DNA of 64,000 bases from Candidatus Latescibacterota bacterium (GTDB taxonomy: Bacteria; Latescibacterota; UBA2968; UBA8231). Positions 1 to 8,766 of the stretch are shown here, in pieces (position 1 is the first letter of the stretch; every line of letters starts with the position of its first letter). Location of the stretch: positions 6,464,001 through 6,528,000 of the forward strand of contig OZ253462.1 of assembly GCA_965261395.1 (NCBI GenBank). Reading direction: 5' to 3'. The position numbers and the translations under genes were made by a program. The notes under the pieces were generated by a model. That model worked only from the letters and a program-made list of their open reading frames with translations. It was not told the DNA's origin and did no database searches.

Positions 1-60
1 AGCACTCGACGCTATGTAGAAAAAGACGCAAACCGCAATGCGACACCACGTGTTATTCAT
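1..60 (-). CDS. 5' end of a secreted hypothetical protein running off the window; shares its N-terminus with 89..1144
   Basis: ATG at 60 gives MNNTWCRIAVCVFFYIASSA, nearly identical to the start of the 89..1144 protein. Confidence 0.6.
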   Translation of the reverse strand, partial: MNNTWCRIAVCVFFYIASSA

Positions 61-88
61 CTGTATATCTTCCTGTCAGATCTATCTT

Positions 89-1144
89 TCACTCAAACAG
101 CGGCGACACTTCTTGCGCCACCGTGCGAGCTGCTTCTTGATGAAGTCCATCGAGAATGGATTCGTCGTCCGAACTTACGTCCGTCATGAAGTCCTGCGTG
201 ATGATGAGCACCTGATCCAGCACCGTCTCGTCCTTGAGCATATCCTGTACTACCAACTGCACTTGGGAGCTTAATTCCTGTCGTTCGGGATTGAAGCTAC
301 CGGAGTTAGTCATGTAGCCAACCATGTACCAGTTTACAATGTAATCCAAGGTGTAGCGAATGTCCTTGGCCGAGGGATCCGTGGTGAAGCGGACGCGGCC
401 GAACCGTTTGATGAGCTCATCCAAGAGGGCCGGTCGCACCGACTCATGCAGTGCTAGTATTTTTTTCTGAGCCTTCATTTTTGGGCGCGCAGAGACCTTA
501 AATACCCTGAAAAAGGTGACATTGGAAGAAGATCCATTCTCAATTAGTCGGTCAACCTGCTCAGACAAGTCCTCACTGTTGCGCGTCCTCACCAACACCT
601 TAAAGGTTCCAGTCGGGGCCTTTACCGCTCCCTCCTCCTCGGCCGGCTCTTCCGCCACCGGCGACCCGACGAATGGAACCAGCAGCGCTTTCGTATAATC
701 CAAGGCTTGGAACTTGAGCAGCTTGCTTTTGCTCGCCGCTTTGGCGATCAGCGGTTCCAGCCCAACGTTCTCTTCTTTTTTTAACAGGTCGCCGGCCATA
801 TCCACAACCCGCACCAAGTACGCCTTGGCCTCGCGCTCAGAAAAATGCGCTCCGTGCAGCGCAAAGAGCTGTTCGCCGAGGGCCGTGGATTTCTTACAAT
901 GAGTCTTCAGGTCCCGCAACAGCAAGACCAAGGAATCTCGGCTCGCGGCAACAGACAATCCAGACGCGGTACTGACATCCGCGACGAACTCGTCCAACTT
1001 TCCCTTGTCGTCCCGCTCCATGCGATCGCGCAACTGTTCCAAGGCCACGAGCACAAAACCCGTTTCTTGTACAGAAGCAGCAACAGCACTCGATGCCAAG
1101 CAGAAAAAGACGCAAACAGCAATGCGACACCACGTGTTATTCAT
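89..1144 (-). CDS. secreted hypothetical protein
   Basis: 351-aa ORF with a signal-peptide-like N-terminus (SSAVAA); no recognisable motif. Confidence 0.7.
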   Translation of the reverse strand: MNNTWCRIAVCVFFCLASSAVAASVQETGFVLVALEQLRDRMERDDKGKLDEFVADVSTASGLSVAASRDSLVLLLRDLKTHCKKSTALGEQLFALHGAHFSEREAKAYLVRVVDMAGDLLKKEENVGLEPLIAKAASKSKLLKFQALDYTKALLVPFVGSPVAEEPAEEEGAVKAPTGTFKVLVRTRNSEDLSEQVDRLIENGSSSNVTFFRVFKVSARPKMKAQKKILALHESVRPALLDELIKRFGRVRFTTDPSAKDIRYTLDYIVNWYMVGYMTNSGSFNPERQELSSQVQLVVQDMLKDETVLDQVLIITQDFMTDVSSDDESILDGLHQEAARTVAQEVSPLFE

Positions 1145-1168
1145 CCGTATGCTCCCTTGTCAAATCTG
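1085..1168. repeat. imperfect direct repeat of bases ~1-82 (RBS plus signal-peptide coding region)
   Basis: agaaaaagacgcaaac.gcaatgcgacaccacgtgttattcatc occurs at both places, offset 1084 bp. Confidence 0.85.
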
Positions 1169-3145
1169 CGTCAGAAAGCTGCCCATGTGCCCGGTGATGT
1201 AATCGGCCACCAGCCAGACGCCGGCCGCGACCACTTCCCCGAGGATCAGCCCCAGAAAAAACGGACGCAGGTTCCGGTATAGCCGCGGCCCCCCATACTT
1301 GAGGATCACCAGCTTGAGCTGCCAAGCTATGAGCGCACTGGCAAAGATGTGGCCGGTCTTCCAGTTCGCGCTAATGGCGTAGCCGAGCGGGTTGAGGGGC
1401 CACCAGAGCAGGTGGTGTCGCATCCACATCAGCGCAGCCATCACCCCACCGCCGACCCCCATGAACAGCCAAGTGTCGAGACGCGGGCCGGTCAATTCCG
1501 CCGCAATGCGCGGAGCCATGTCCTTGGGGCCGTACGTGGCGGCCCCCCAGCCAAAAAACAGGCCATTAAGATTGATGCCGCCGTATTTGTACGCCAACGC
1601 CATGGTGACGTACGAAGAGCCGACCAAGCTGACCACAATGGCGATGATCACCGCCCAAAACAGCCGCCGCTTCCCACCCTTGATCACCTCGCTCATCTTC
1701 AGGCCATTGGCGACCGACGACATTACAAACGAGCGGATCTCCGAGTGCCAGCCATACGAAAACCCCAAGGCCACCAAGCCCGAGGCCCCCACGCTCGAAG
1801 CCCCGGCACCGGAAATCACAAAGGTCGAGGTCATAATGGGGGGACGCATCGCCGGAATGCCTCCTTCGGCGACCACCCGCGTCAGGCCCAAAAACAGCAC
1901 CATGGCCCCAAAGATAAACATCGCCACGCCCAACGGCGGCAGCCCCGCCATCCACAGACCCAACCCCACCAAGCCGAGCGACGCCAGCAAGCCGAAGGTA
2001 GCCTGCCGATAGGACATGATTTCGTCGACATCCTCCTCGTCTGGGTCGCCGTGCCATGCTTTACGCCACACAGCGCGCAAGTGCCCGCGCGACACCCACA
2101 GTCCGATCAGCACGAAGACGATCATCGCCCCCATGCCCTGATGGGCTATGTACGGCTCTCGCGAGTACAGATCCATCCGCTCCGTGCTTTGCATCCCGAT
2201 AACGTTGAAGATGCCCCGTTGTACTGTGGCCAGGACATAGAACACCCAGATGGACGCGGAAATATCCAAGTTGACAAAGTAGAAGAAGCCGATCCAAGGC
2301 GGGCTAAACCACAAATCCAAGCGCACGCTATCGCGGAACAGAGGGAGCGACGCAGTCCGCGCAATCCCGGGTACCTCCGGGTAATAGGCGTGTAATCCGT
2401 TGACGCTGAGCAAGACGAACGCGAACGCAAACCCCAGCCACATCGCCTTACTGGCAAAAAACTCCCGCCCAATCGCCCGCCCTTGCTCGCGCTGAATCAT
2501 CTCCATCGGCACCTGCACCAACGGATACGCCAGCTTCTCCCGATCTACCCATTGCTTGCGCATGATGACCATGGTGCAAATCATCGCTGCGCTGAGCGCT
2601 AAGAAGAAACCGTACCAATAGGTCAGCGGCAGCACCCACGCTCCCCAAGGGATGGTGGCCCCTTCCGGCAGCCCTTCAAAGAAGTAGCGCGCCACGTTTT
2701 CGCCGCGCGGAATCATCCACGTGGGAATGTACTGGTTGTATAAAAAGTCCCAGTTATTCTCCGGCGTCGCGTAGTACGTAGAGCCGACCAGACAGGGGAT
2801 GATAAATTGGGTAAACCCCATTCCGGGAATGCAGCAGGCGACCACCAACATGATGTAGATGGTAATCAGCTCGGATTGGGTCAGGGCCAAGGAGCGGCGC
2901 AGGCAGTACACGAGGCCGCTGGCAGGCACCAAAAAAAAGAAAAAGAACAGAGCGGCCGGCGTACTAAAATTTAAGGTCAGGTACGAGCCGCGAATGATGG
3001 TCGTTGCGTACGCATCTAAACCATTGAGCAGCAAGGCGAGCACCGCGCCGATCAGGATGCCCCGCGCGGGGATGCCGGCGAGACCCTGCTGCCCTTCCTC
3101 CTGGTTCACCCATTCGAGGTATGCTGGAGGAATCTGCTTTTTCAA
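1160..3145 (-). CDS. DUF6785/DUF6784-type polytopic membrane protein (putative transporter)
   Basis: 661 aa, many TM segments; motifs RKQW..REKL.YPL and WWPLNPLGY...FFLGLILGE; paralog of 13143..15083. Confidence 0.8.
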   Translation of the reverse strand: MKKQIPPAYLEWVNQEEGQQGLAGIPARGILIGAVLALLLNGLDAYATTIIRGSYLTLNFSTPAALFFFFFLVPASGLVYCLRRSLALTQSELITIYIMLVVACCIPGMGFTQFIIPCLVGSTYYATPENNWDFLYNQYIPTWMIPRGENVARYFFEGLPEGATIPWGAWVLPLTYWYGFFLALSAAMICTMVIMRKQWVDREKLAYPLVQVPMEMIQREQGRAIGREFFASKAMWLGFAFAFVLLSVNGLHAYYPEVPGIARTASLPLFRDSVRLDLWFSPPWIGFFYFVNLDISASIWVFYVLATVQRGIFNVIGMQSTERMDLYSREPYIAHQGMGAMIVFVLIGLWVSRGHLRAVWRKAWHGDPDEEDVDEIMSYRQATFGLLASLGLVGLGLWMAGLPPLGVAMFIFGAMVLFLGLTRVVAEGGIPAMRPPIMTSTFVISGAGASSVGASGLVALGFSYGWHSEIRSFVMSSVANGLKMSEVIKGGKRRLFWAVIIAIVVSLVGSSYVTMALAYKYGGINLNGLFFGWGAATYGPKDMAPRIAAELTGPRLDTWLFMGVGGGVMAALMWMRHHLLWWPLNPLGYAISANWKTGHIFASALIAWQLKLVILKYGGPRLYRNLRPFFLGLILGEVVAAGVWLVADYITGHMGSFLTQI

Positions 3146-3182
3146 TTCCGTTTGCCTCGATCATGGTTCAAATCAGTACGCA

Positions 3183-3896
3183 CTAGCGACGAGTTTGGTG
3201 ATCTACCTGCTGACACGCAGCGATGAATTCCTCGGCTGTAGTGGTATAACCGATCAGATGTTCAAAATTGCGCAGCGTGATCCGGTTGATCCAACCGCCT
3301 TCCGGCAGGCTGTCGTCTAGCGTGTCTGGCATCTCGATCGTACCAGGGGCGTTTGAACAATCGCGCAAGAGAATGACGCGGTAATTCCTCCCCACGGCTT
3401 CGGCGCAGGTGTAGTGCAGGCAGGCCCGCCGGCTGTAGCCAACGACGAACAGCGTCTTAATGCCATAGCTGCGCAAGTGCTGGTCCAAGAAGGTGTCGTG
3501 GAAGCCGCTCCAGATCCACTTGGGGAAATTGCGCTCGCCCTCGCGGGGGGCCACGCAGTCGAGGTATTCGGGTTTGTATTCTTGCCGCGCCCAGCTCGCA
3601 ATGCCGTTGCCCCCGCTGCCGCCCTTGGTCTTGCCCCAGATCTCGCCCACGATGTTGCCAGGGTCGGCCACTAGGCGCAGATCGTTGTGGACGTAGTTGA
3701 CCAGCATCCCGCTATCGCGGGCGGCTTGCAAAGCCGGCGCAATGAAATTCTCGGTCGTTGGATTGGGCGAGCGCCCATCGACATCTACCAAGAGAAAGGC
3801 GCACTCAGCAAACTTCAGGGTCAGGGTCTCGTACCCGTAGTCGTACCCGCCGGGATAATCCTTGTAATAGCGAATGGGGATTGGGATGTTGGCCAT
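3183..3896 (-). CDS. cysteine hydrolase (isochorismatase family)
   Basis: LLVDVD, KWIWSGF..T.LDQHLR, GYSRRAC (Asp/Lys/Cys triad); start chosen at ATG 3896 after AAGGAGG. Confidence 0.8.
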   Translation of the reverse strand: MANIPIPIRYYKDYPGGYDYGYETLTLKFAECAFLLVDVDGRSPNPTTENFIAPALQAARDSGMLVNYVHNDLRLVADPGNIVGEIWGKTKGGSGGNGIASWARQEYKPEYLDCVAPREGERNFPKWIWSGFHDTFLDQHLRSYGIKTLFVVGYSRRACLHYTCAEAVGRNYRVILLRDCSNAPGTIEMPDTLDDSLPEGGWINRITLRNFEHLIGYTTTAEEFIAACQQVDHQTRR

Positions 3897-3913
3897 AGGT
3901 GCCTCCTTTTTAA

Positions 3914-4019
3914 GAGGCCCTAACAAAACGCCCGGCGTCGGCCCAAGCGCGAGCGAGCAAGGCCGTGGCCGTGGCCGGCGCAGCCGCGCGACGCCAGCAG
4001 AGCGTTTTGTTAGGGCCTC
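3914..4019. mobile_element. MITE (106 bp), probably IS5-family derived
   Basis: perfect 18-bp terminal inverted repeats GAGGCCCTAACAAAACGC / GCGTTTTGTTAGGGCCTC, flanked by TTAA at 3910-3913 and 4020-4023; no transposase. Confidence 0.75.
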
Positions 4020-4237
4020 TTAATAGCGAGATTCACAAGGATAGCCAGATTCGCGCAGGCTAATAGGGCTAATACCCAAAGCCAAACATGGGTTTGGGGC
4101 GTAGCTAAAACCATCGCGTAGAAATTGGGGGCCTCTGCGGCGGGTGCCGACGTTCGAAGTAAGGTCCCAATGATACCCATGACCACGACCATTACGGTCG
4201 ACAGAAGAGCGACCACCCCCCATAGATGAGTGCTCAT
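4010..4237 (-). CDS. small two-TM membrane protein
   Basis: 75 aa, two hydrophobic stretches, RBS AGGAGG before ATG; stop codon supplied by the MITE. Confidence 0.6.
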   Translation of the reverse strand: MSTHLWGVVALLSTVMVVVMGIIGTLLRTSAPAAEAPNFYAMVLATPQTHVWLWVLALLACANLAILVNLAIKRP

Positions 4238-4506
4238 AGCTTACCTCCTGAACGGATCGTTGAGAAACTCGTCATTCGGTACCCTTACTTCTACTTCTGA
4301 GCACGTAAGCACCTAGAGATGCTACGGGCTTGTTGGGTGCTGTCATTCAGGCGCGCTCATTAACGGCGCAAGTACGCGAAGGCTACTTGCGAGTAATCAC
4401 ACACAACTTGATGATCCTCTAAAAAGCCTAAAGCTTTTCAACAGAGCAAAGCGTTCTTAAAATCCCCGTCGGGCCGCTTTACGGTGAAGATTCTGTCGCA
4501 CTAGCG

Positions 4507-4881
4507 TTAGGAATTCTCCGCGATCATAGCCTGAATTTGATAGATATTCGTGTTCTTGTCGAACTTTTTAGACACCGGCTCAGGCAAACCGCTAATCCAG
4601 ATTTTCAACTCCGCGTCCATGTCTAAGTGCCCAGCGGACTCTACGCTGAACGCTGAGATCTTGCTGTACGGGATGCTCAGGTACTCCCGTTTCTTGCCGG
4701 TAATCCCTTGAACATCCTCGAGGATGAGCCGACGATTCGTAAAGATAAAGGTATCCCGGACAATTTTGAACCCGGCCAACACCTTTTCTTCGGCAAAGAA
4801 TAGACGCTCGTACTCTGCCAAGTCGTCTTCGCTCATTTGCGACGCCGTTCCGAACAGCGCCCCTTTCATGCGGTTTAGCAT
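4507..4881 (-). CDS. bacterial PH-domain protein (bPH_1-like)
   Basis: RDTFIFTNRRLILEDVQGITGKKREYLSIPY..ISAFSVESAGHLDMDAELKIW; start reassigned to ATG 4881 after AAGGAG. Confidence 0.85.
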   Translation of the reverse strand: MLNRMKGALFGTASQMSEDDLAEYERLFFAEEKVLAGFKIVRDTFIFTNRRLILEDVQGITGKKREYLSIPYSKISAFSVESAGHLDMDAELKIWISGLPEPVSKKFDKNTNIYQIQAMIAENS

Positions 4882-4963
4882 CTCCTTAATCTCCTTGGAA
4901 GGCGGGGTTAATTCTTGACTGCGACCAGCAATGTTTACTGATACCAAAAACCACCGGGTACTG

Positions 4964-5794
4964 CTATGCGTCGGCGCGGTCAATCCACTTATAGGCGGCT
5001 TGGGCGTTGCGCCAAAAGTATTTCTCCGTCGCTTCTTCGCCGCGCGCGGTAAAATACGTCATCACCAAGCGCTGTATGTCTGCGTACTCGCGGCCACTGC
5101 GGTCGGATACCGGCCAGTCGCTGCCGTAAATCAGCCGATCCTCTCCGAACAAATCCCATAGCGCATCGAGCACCGGAGCGTAAAAGTCCACATCCGTCGG
5201 TGCTGGCTTGACTTGACTGCGCAAATCCATCAGCCCCGACACCTTGCAATAGACCTGCGGATGGGCCGCGGCCTGATGCATCAATTCCAGCCGCGCCGGA
5301 TCGGGCGGGCGGCCGTCAATGGGGATGCCGCCGATGTGGTTGATGACGATGCGCAGTTCGGGGAAGCGCTCCGCCAGCGCGGGCACGCCTTCGTGTAAGC
5401 CCGTGTCCAGTTCTAAATCGTTGGCTATTAGCATTTCAGCGGCGGTCAAGCCGTGACTTTCCGTTGCATCTACGCGGGCGCGAATGCCTAGAAAAACCGG
5501 GGCGGCGGCAAAGCGCTCCAAGTGAGCGGCAAAGTTCGGGTCGTCAGGTTCAAGATGCCCGACCAATCCCACGATGAAGGGATCTTCGGCGGCCAAGTCA
5601 AGAACCCACTGGTTGTCCTCGACCCAAGGGCTGCACTCGACCATGACCGTGCCCGTTACGCCCTCGGGCACGGCTAGGGCCTTGTAGTCTTCGGGCAGCG
5701 CGCGCCGATAGAGAATTTCGTCGTCTTTTTCAGGCCAAGGCACGCCCTGGGGTCTGAACGGATCGTAAAAATGAGTGTGAGTATCGATGATCAT
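4964..5794 (-). CDS. amidohydrolase family protein (Amidohydro_2, sugar-lactonase-like)
   Basis: IIDTHTH, VINHIG, CKVSG, YGSDWP motifs. Confidence 0.85.
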   Translation of the reverse strand: MIIDTHTHFYDPFRPQGVPWPEKDDEILYRRALPEDYKALAVPEGVTGTVMVECSPWVEDNQWVLDLAAEDPFIVGLVGHLEPDDPNFAAHLERFAAAPVFLGIRARVDATESHGLTAAEMLIANDLELDTGLHEGVPALAERFPELRIVINHIGGIPIDGRPPDPARLELMHQAAAHPQVYCKVSGLMDLRSQVKPAPTDVDFYAPVLDALWDLFGEDRLIYGSDWPVSDRSGREYADIQRLVMTYFTARGEEATEKYFWRNAQAAYKWIDRADA

Positions 5795-5831
5795 CGCTAA
5801 ATCGCTCCTTTTTTAGTTATGGCCGCGCAGC

Positions 5832-6854
5832 TTATTTGCCGTCTGCGGAGGGCGGTGGCTCCGCGTCCTGCTCCACAGGCATACGCCAGTTTTGCGCCTC
5901 ATCTAAAGTAATAGTGCGAAAATCGGGCATCCGGTCGGCGTTGCGGTCCTGATGCTGATGGCCCCCTAGGATGTACATCGAGTGCTTCCGCCCCGATCCC
6001 GGCCGGTCGGCGTCGAGCAGCCGGAATCCGATATGCAGTGTCTGACCCGGCGCGAAAACGTGCCGTTTGCTCTCCTCGGGGCTCAGCCCCAGCACATCCC
6101 ACAGGGCCGCTTTCCACTCGAAGGTATATTCGACGTGCAAAGCGCCGTTGGCCGCGTCGGGCGGACGCATCGTCCAAGCGATGTCGAAGTGGGGTTTGTC
6201 CATCGCCCACAGGAACTCCTCCAAGAAGGGGTCGTGGTGCTGATCGAGAAAGCCGGCTTGGCCGTGAGGGAGGCGCGGGTGCCGCAACGGCAGCACCCGG
6301 GCGTAGTAGCGTTGGCCGTTGACCAGTTCCTCGCGGGTGTACCCGTAGATACTGCCGCCAGAGTGGTCGGAATCCACGGTAATCGACAGCGTATCATCCT
6401 GCCACCACTTGAGAGGGTCTTCGTTTTCGATCTTGAGGGTATCGTCGATGATCCGGGCGAAGCAGTACCAGCTATTGTCGGGGGGCGGACTCCAAGCGGT
6501 GTAGATGGTGAAGTCGAAGTCGGCCGCATTGACGTGGTCCGATTCGCGGTCGAAGAATCCTTCCCGCTCCAGCGCGAGACGGGAGTCGAAAAAGGCCCAG
6601 TCCCCGTCGTCGCCATCTATGGTTATCGCCGCGGGATCGGGCACCTCGACGAAGGGGACCGTGACGCCTACATGGGCAGACGCGATGCTGGTGAGGGGGA
6701 GGGTCAGGGCGAGGCTCAAGAGGAATGCCCTGAACGGAGCGCCGTAATGCGCGTACATGTCGCTAGCCATATCTTTCCTCGCGTTAGTTCGCCGACTAGG
6801 ATAAAACTGAAGGTTGTATATTAGCGGTATAATATATAATCGCAATGCTCGCAC
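5832..6854 (-). CDS. secreted protein with CBM9/DOMON-like 'ITIDG..DW' domain; paralog of 18011..18913 (true start probably ~6770)
   Basis: signal peptide ending IASA-HVGV; extensive similarity to the 18011 protein. Confidence 0.7.
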   Translation of the reverse strand: MRALRLYIIPLIYNLQFYPSRRTNARKDMASDMYAHYGAPFRAFLLSLALTLPLTSIASAHVGVTVPFVEVPDPAAITIDGDDGDWAFFDSRLALEREGFFDRESDHVNAADFDFTIYTAWSPPPDNSWYCFARIIDDTLKIENEDPLKWWQDDTLSITVDSDHSGGSIYGYTREELVNGQRYYARVLPLRHPRLPHGQAGFLDQHHDPFLEEFLWAMDKPHFDIAWTMRPPDAANGALHVEYTFEWKAALWDVLGLSPEESKRHVFAPGQTLHIGFRLLDADRPGSGRKHSMYILGGHQHQDRNADRMPDFRTITLDEAQNWRMPVEQDAEPPPSADGK

Positions 6855-6884
6855 TGGCTCGCACTCGATCCGCGACGCTCTTAC

Positions 6885-8759
6885 TTGGAAGAATCCATGA
6901 GACCTATAATACTTTTACTTTGCATACAACTGATTCTCGCCGCGAGCACAGGAGCTAACGCTATGACCCAACCAGTAACACTGCAAATGGGTGAGACAAT
7001 TATCATCGACAATGGATTGGTGCGTCTGGGGATCCGCGAGGACGGCATCCTGCAGGAGCTTTCCCTGCGCGGCGGCCCCAACTTGGCCAGCAGCGGCTAC
7101 TGGAATTGCAACGGCAATGGATACGACGCGGCGGAAGCACCACTGCGCCAGAAATTCTCGGTACTGGCCGGTCAAGCCAACGTGCTGCGCCAATCCGCCG
7201 AACTAGTGGAAGTAGCCTTCGTCCGCGAGCCAGCGGAGCCTCTTTTTTTTCGCACCGCGCTCCACTACGTGCTGCGACGGGGCGAGTCGGGATTTTACCT
7301 CTACATGACCGCGGCCCACGACGCACAAATGCCCGCCGGCTTTATCACGCAATATGCCTACAACCTCCGTCTCTCCCCGCAGCACTTCGATTATATCGCC
7401 GTTGACGAGACCCGCCGGCACATAAGCCACACTTGCGAGGAAGAAGGTGCGGCCAAACAGATCATGGATGCCACGTTTGTCCTTGCCGACGAGCGCGTGG
7501 TTAGCAAATACGATTATTGTCACGCAATCGAAGACGGCGACTTCAATATATACGGCTGGGCTGGGCCGCAAGCTGGCGTGTGGTGGATCCAAGCCAGTGG
7601 GGAATACTATGGCTCGGCACCGTTCCGCGTCTTGCTGACGAGCCACCAGACGGCGAAGACGCCCGTCATCGTCTGGCAGGCACACTGCGTGCATCGGGGC
7701 GGCTACGAGATCGAGTTCCCGCCCGGGGATGGGACAAACTGGCAAAAGATATACGGTCCCGCGTTCGTCTATCTCAACAGCGGCGGCGATTACAACAGCC
7801 TGTGGAGCGATGCCAAAGCGCGCGTGGCGACCGTCGCACAAGAGTGGCCGTTTACGTGGATGGCGCACGAGTTGTTTCCGCTTGAGCGCGGCAGAGCGGC
7901 CGGCCAGCTCGTTTTCGACGATGGCACCCCGGTCGTCGATGCGTGGGTAATCTTCGCGCCGGAAGGGATACACTGGTCGCAGGAGAACAAGGGGTATCAC
8001 TTTTGGACTCGCACCGATGCACACGGGCGCTTTCGCTTGAACCAGGTACGGCCGGGCCGCTATTCGCTCTTCGCGCTGGGTGCCGATCAGTTTTATGAAT
8101 TCAAACGGGACGGAATCGCGGTCACGGCCGGCGAGGAGACGGCTGTCGGTCGTCTGACTTGGCAACGGGTCGCGCGCGGCCAACGCGTTTGGCAGATCGG
8201 GACGGCCGATCGGTCGCCGGGGGAATTCTCCAATGGCCGAGACTTTCACCATTGGGGGCTATGGCGTCGTTATCCGACTGACTTTCCGCAGGACGTCAAC
8301 TTTGTAATCGGCAAGAGCAAGGAGCGCGAGGATTGGAACTTCGCGCATTGGAACTGGTATAGCCAAAACAACGCCTGGAATATCGCCTTCGACTTGGACG
8401 AAAAGCCCACGGGCAAGGCAGTGCTGACCTTCGGCATCGCCATCGCCAGGGGGCACAATGCGCGGGGGGTCGGGGACAACGCCGCAGCGGCCGAGTTGCG
8501 AGTATGGGCCAACGACGAGGAAGTGGGCGTCGTCAGGGTGGCAAGCACGGGTGGAGACAGTTATCGCAGTGCCAGACAATCGACGCGCTACAGCGTGCAG
8601 GAGATCGCCTTCGACGCCGGCCTACTCAGCAGCGGCGAGAACGCGATCTCCCTGCGGCATGCTTTGGGCAATCGCTACGCGCAGGGAGAGGAAAAGGGCG
8701 AAAGCGGTTCTGGCCCCGGCTGTATCATGTACGACGCCATACGACTGGAAATCGAGTAG
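6885..8759 (+). CDS. rhamnogalacturonan lyase (polysaccharide lyase family 4-like)
   Basis: signal peptide; HYVLRRGESGFYLY, WQKIYGP..VYLN, WQIGTADRS..EF, C-terminal IMYDAIRLE. Confidence 0.8.
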   Translation: MEESMRPIILLLCIQLILAASTGANAMTQPVTLQMGETIIIDNGLVRLGIREDGILQELSLRGGPNLASSGYWNCNGNGYDAAEAPLRQKFSVLAGQANVLRQSAELVEVAFVREPAEPLFFRTALHYVLRRGESGFYLYMTAAHDAQMPAGFITQYAYNLRLSPQHFDYIAVDETRRHISHTCEEEGAAKQIMDATFVLADERVVSKYDYCHAIEDGDFNIYGWAGPQAGVWWIQASGEYYGSAPFRVLLTSHQTAKTPVIVWQAHCVHRGGYEIEFPPGDGTNWQKIYGPAFVYLNSGGDYNSLWSDAKARVATVAQEWPFTWMAHELFPLERGRAAGQLVFDDGTPVVDAWVIFAPEGIHWSQENKGYHFWTRTDAHGRFRLNQVRPGRYSLFALGADQFYEFKRDGIAVTAGEETAVGRLTWQRVARGQRVWQIGTADRSPGEFSNGRDFHHWGLWRRYPTDFPQDVNFVIGKSKEREDWNFAHWNWYSQNNAWNIAFDLDEKPTGKAVLTFGIAIARGHNARGVGDNAAAAELRVWANDEEVGVVRVASTGGDSYRSARQSTRYSVQEIAFDAGLLSSGENAISLRHALGNRYAQGEEKGESGSGPGCIMYDAIRLEIE

Positions 8760-8766
8760 CAGCGGC

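Noticed and set aside
1349-2395. Long antisense ORFs such as 1349..2395, 7203..8252 and 15912..16781
   Set aside because: Shadow frames expected in GC-rich DNA opposite well-supported genes
3914-4019. Integron attC site (CCCTAAC...GTTAGGG)
   Set aside because: Perfect 18-bp ends with a TTAA duplication fit a MITE better; no integrase or further cassettes seen
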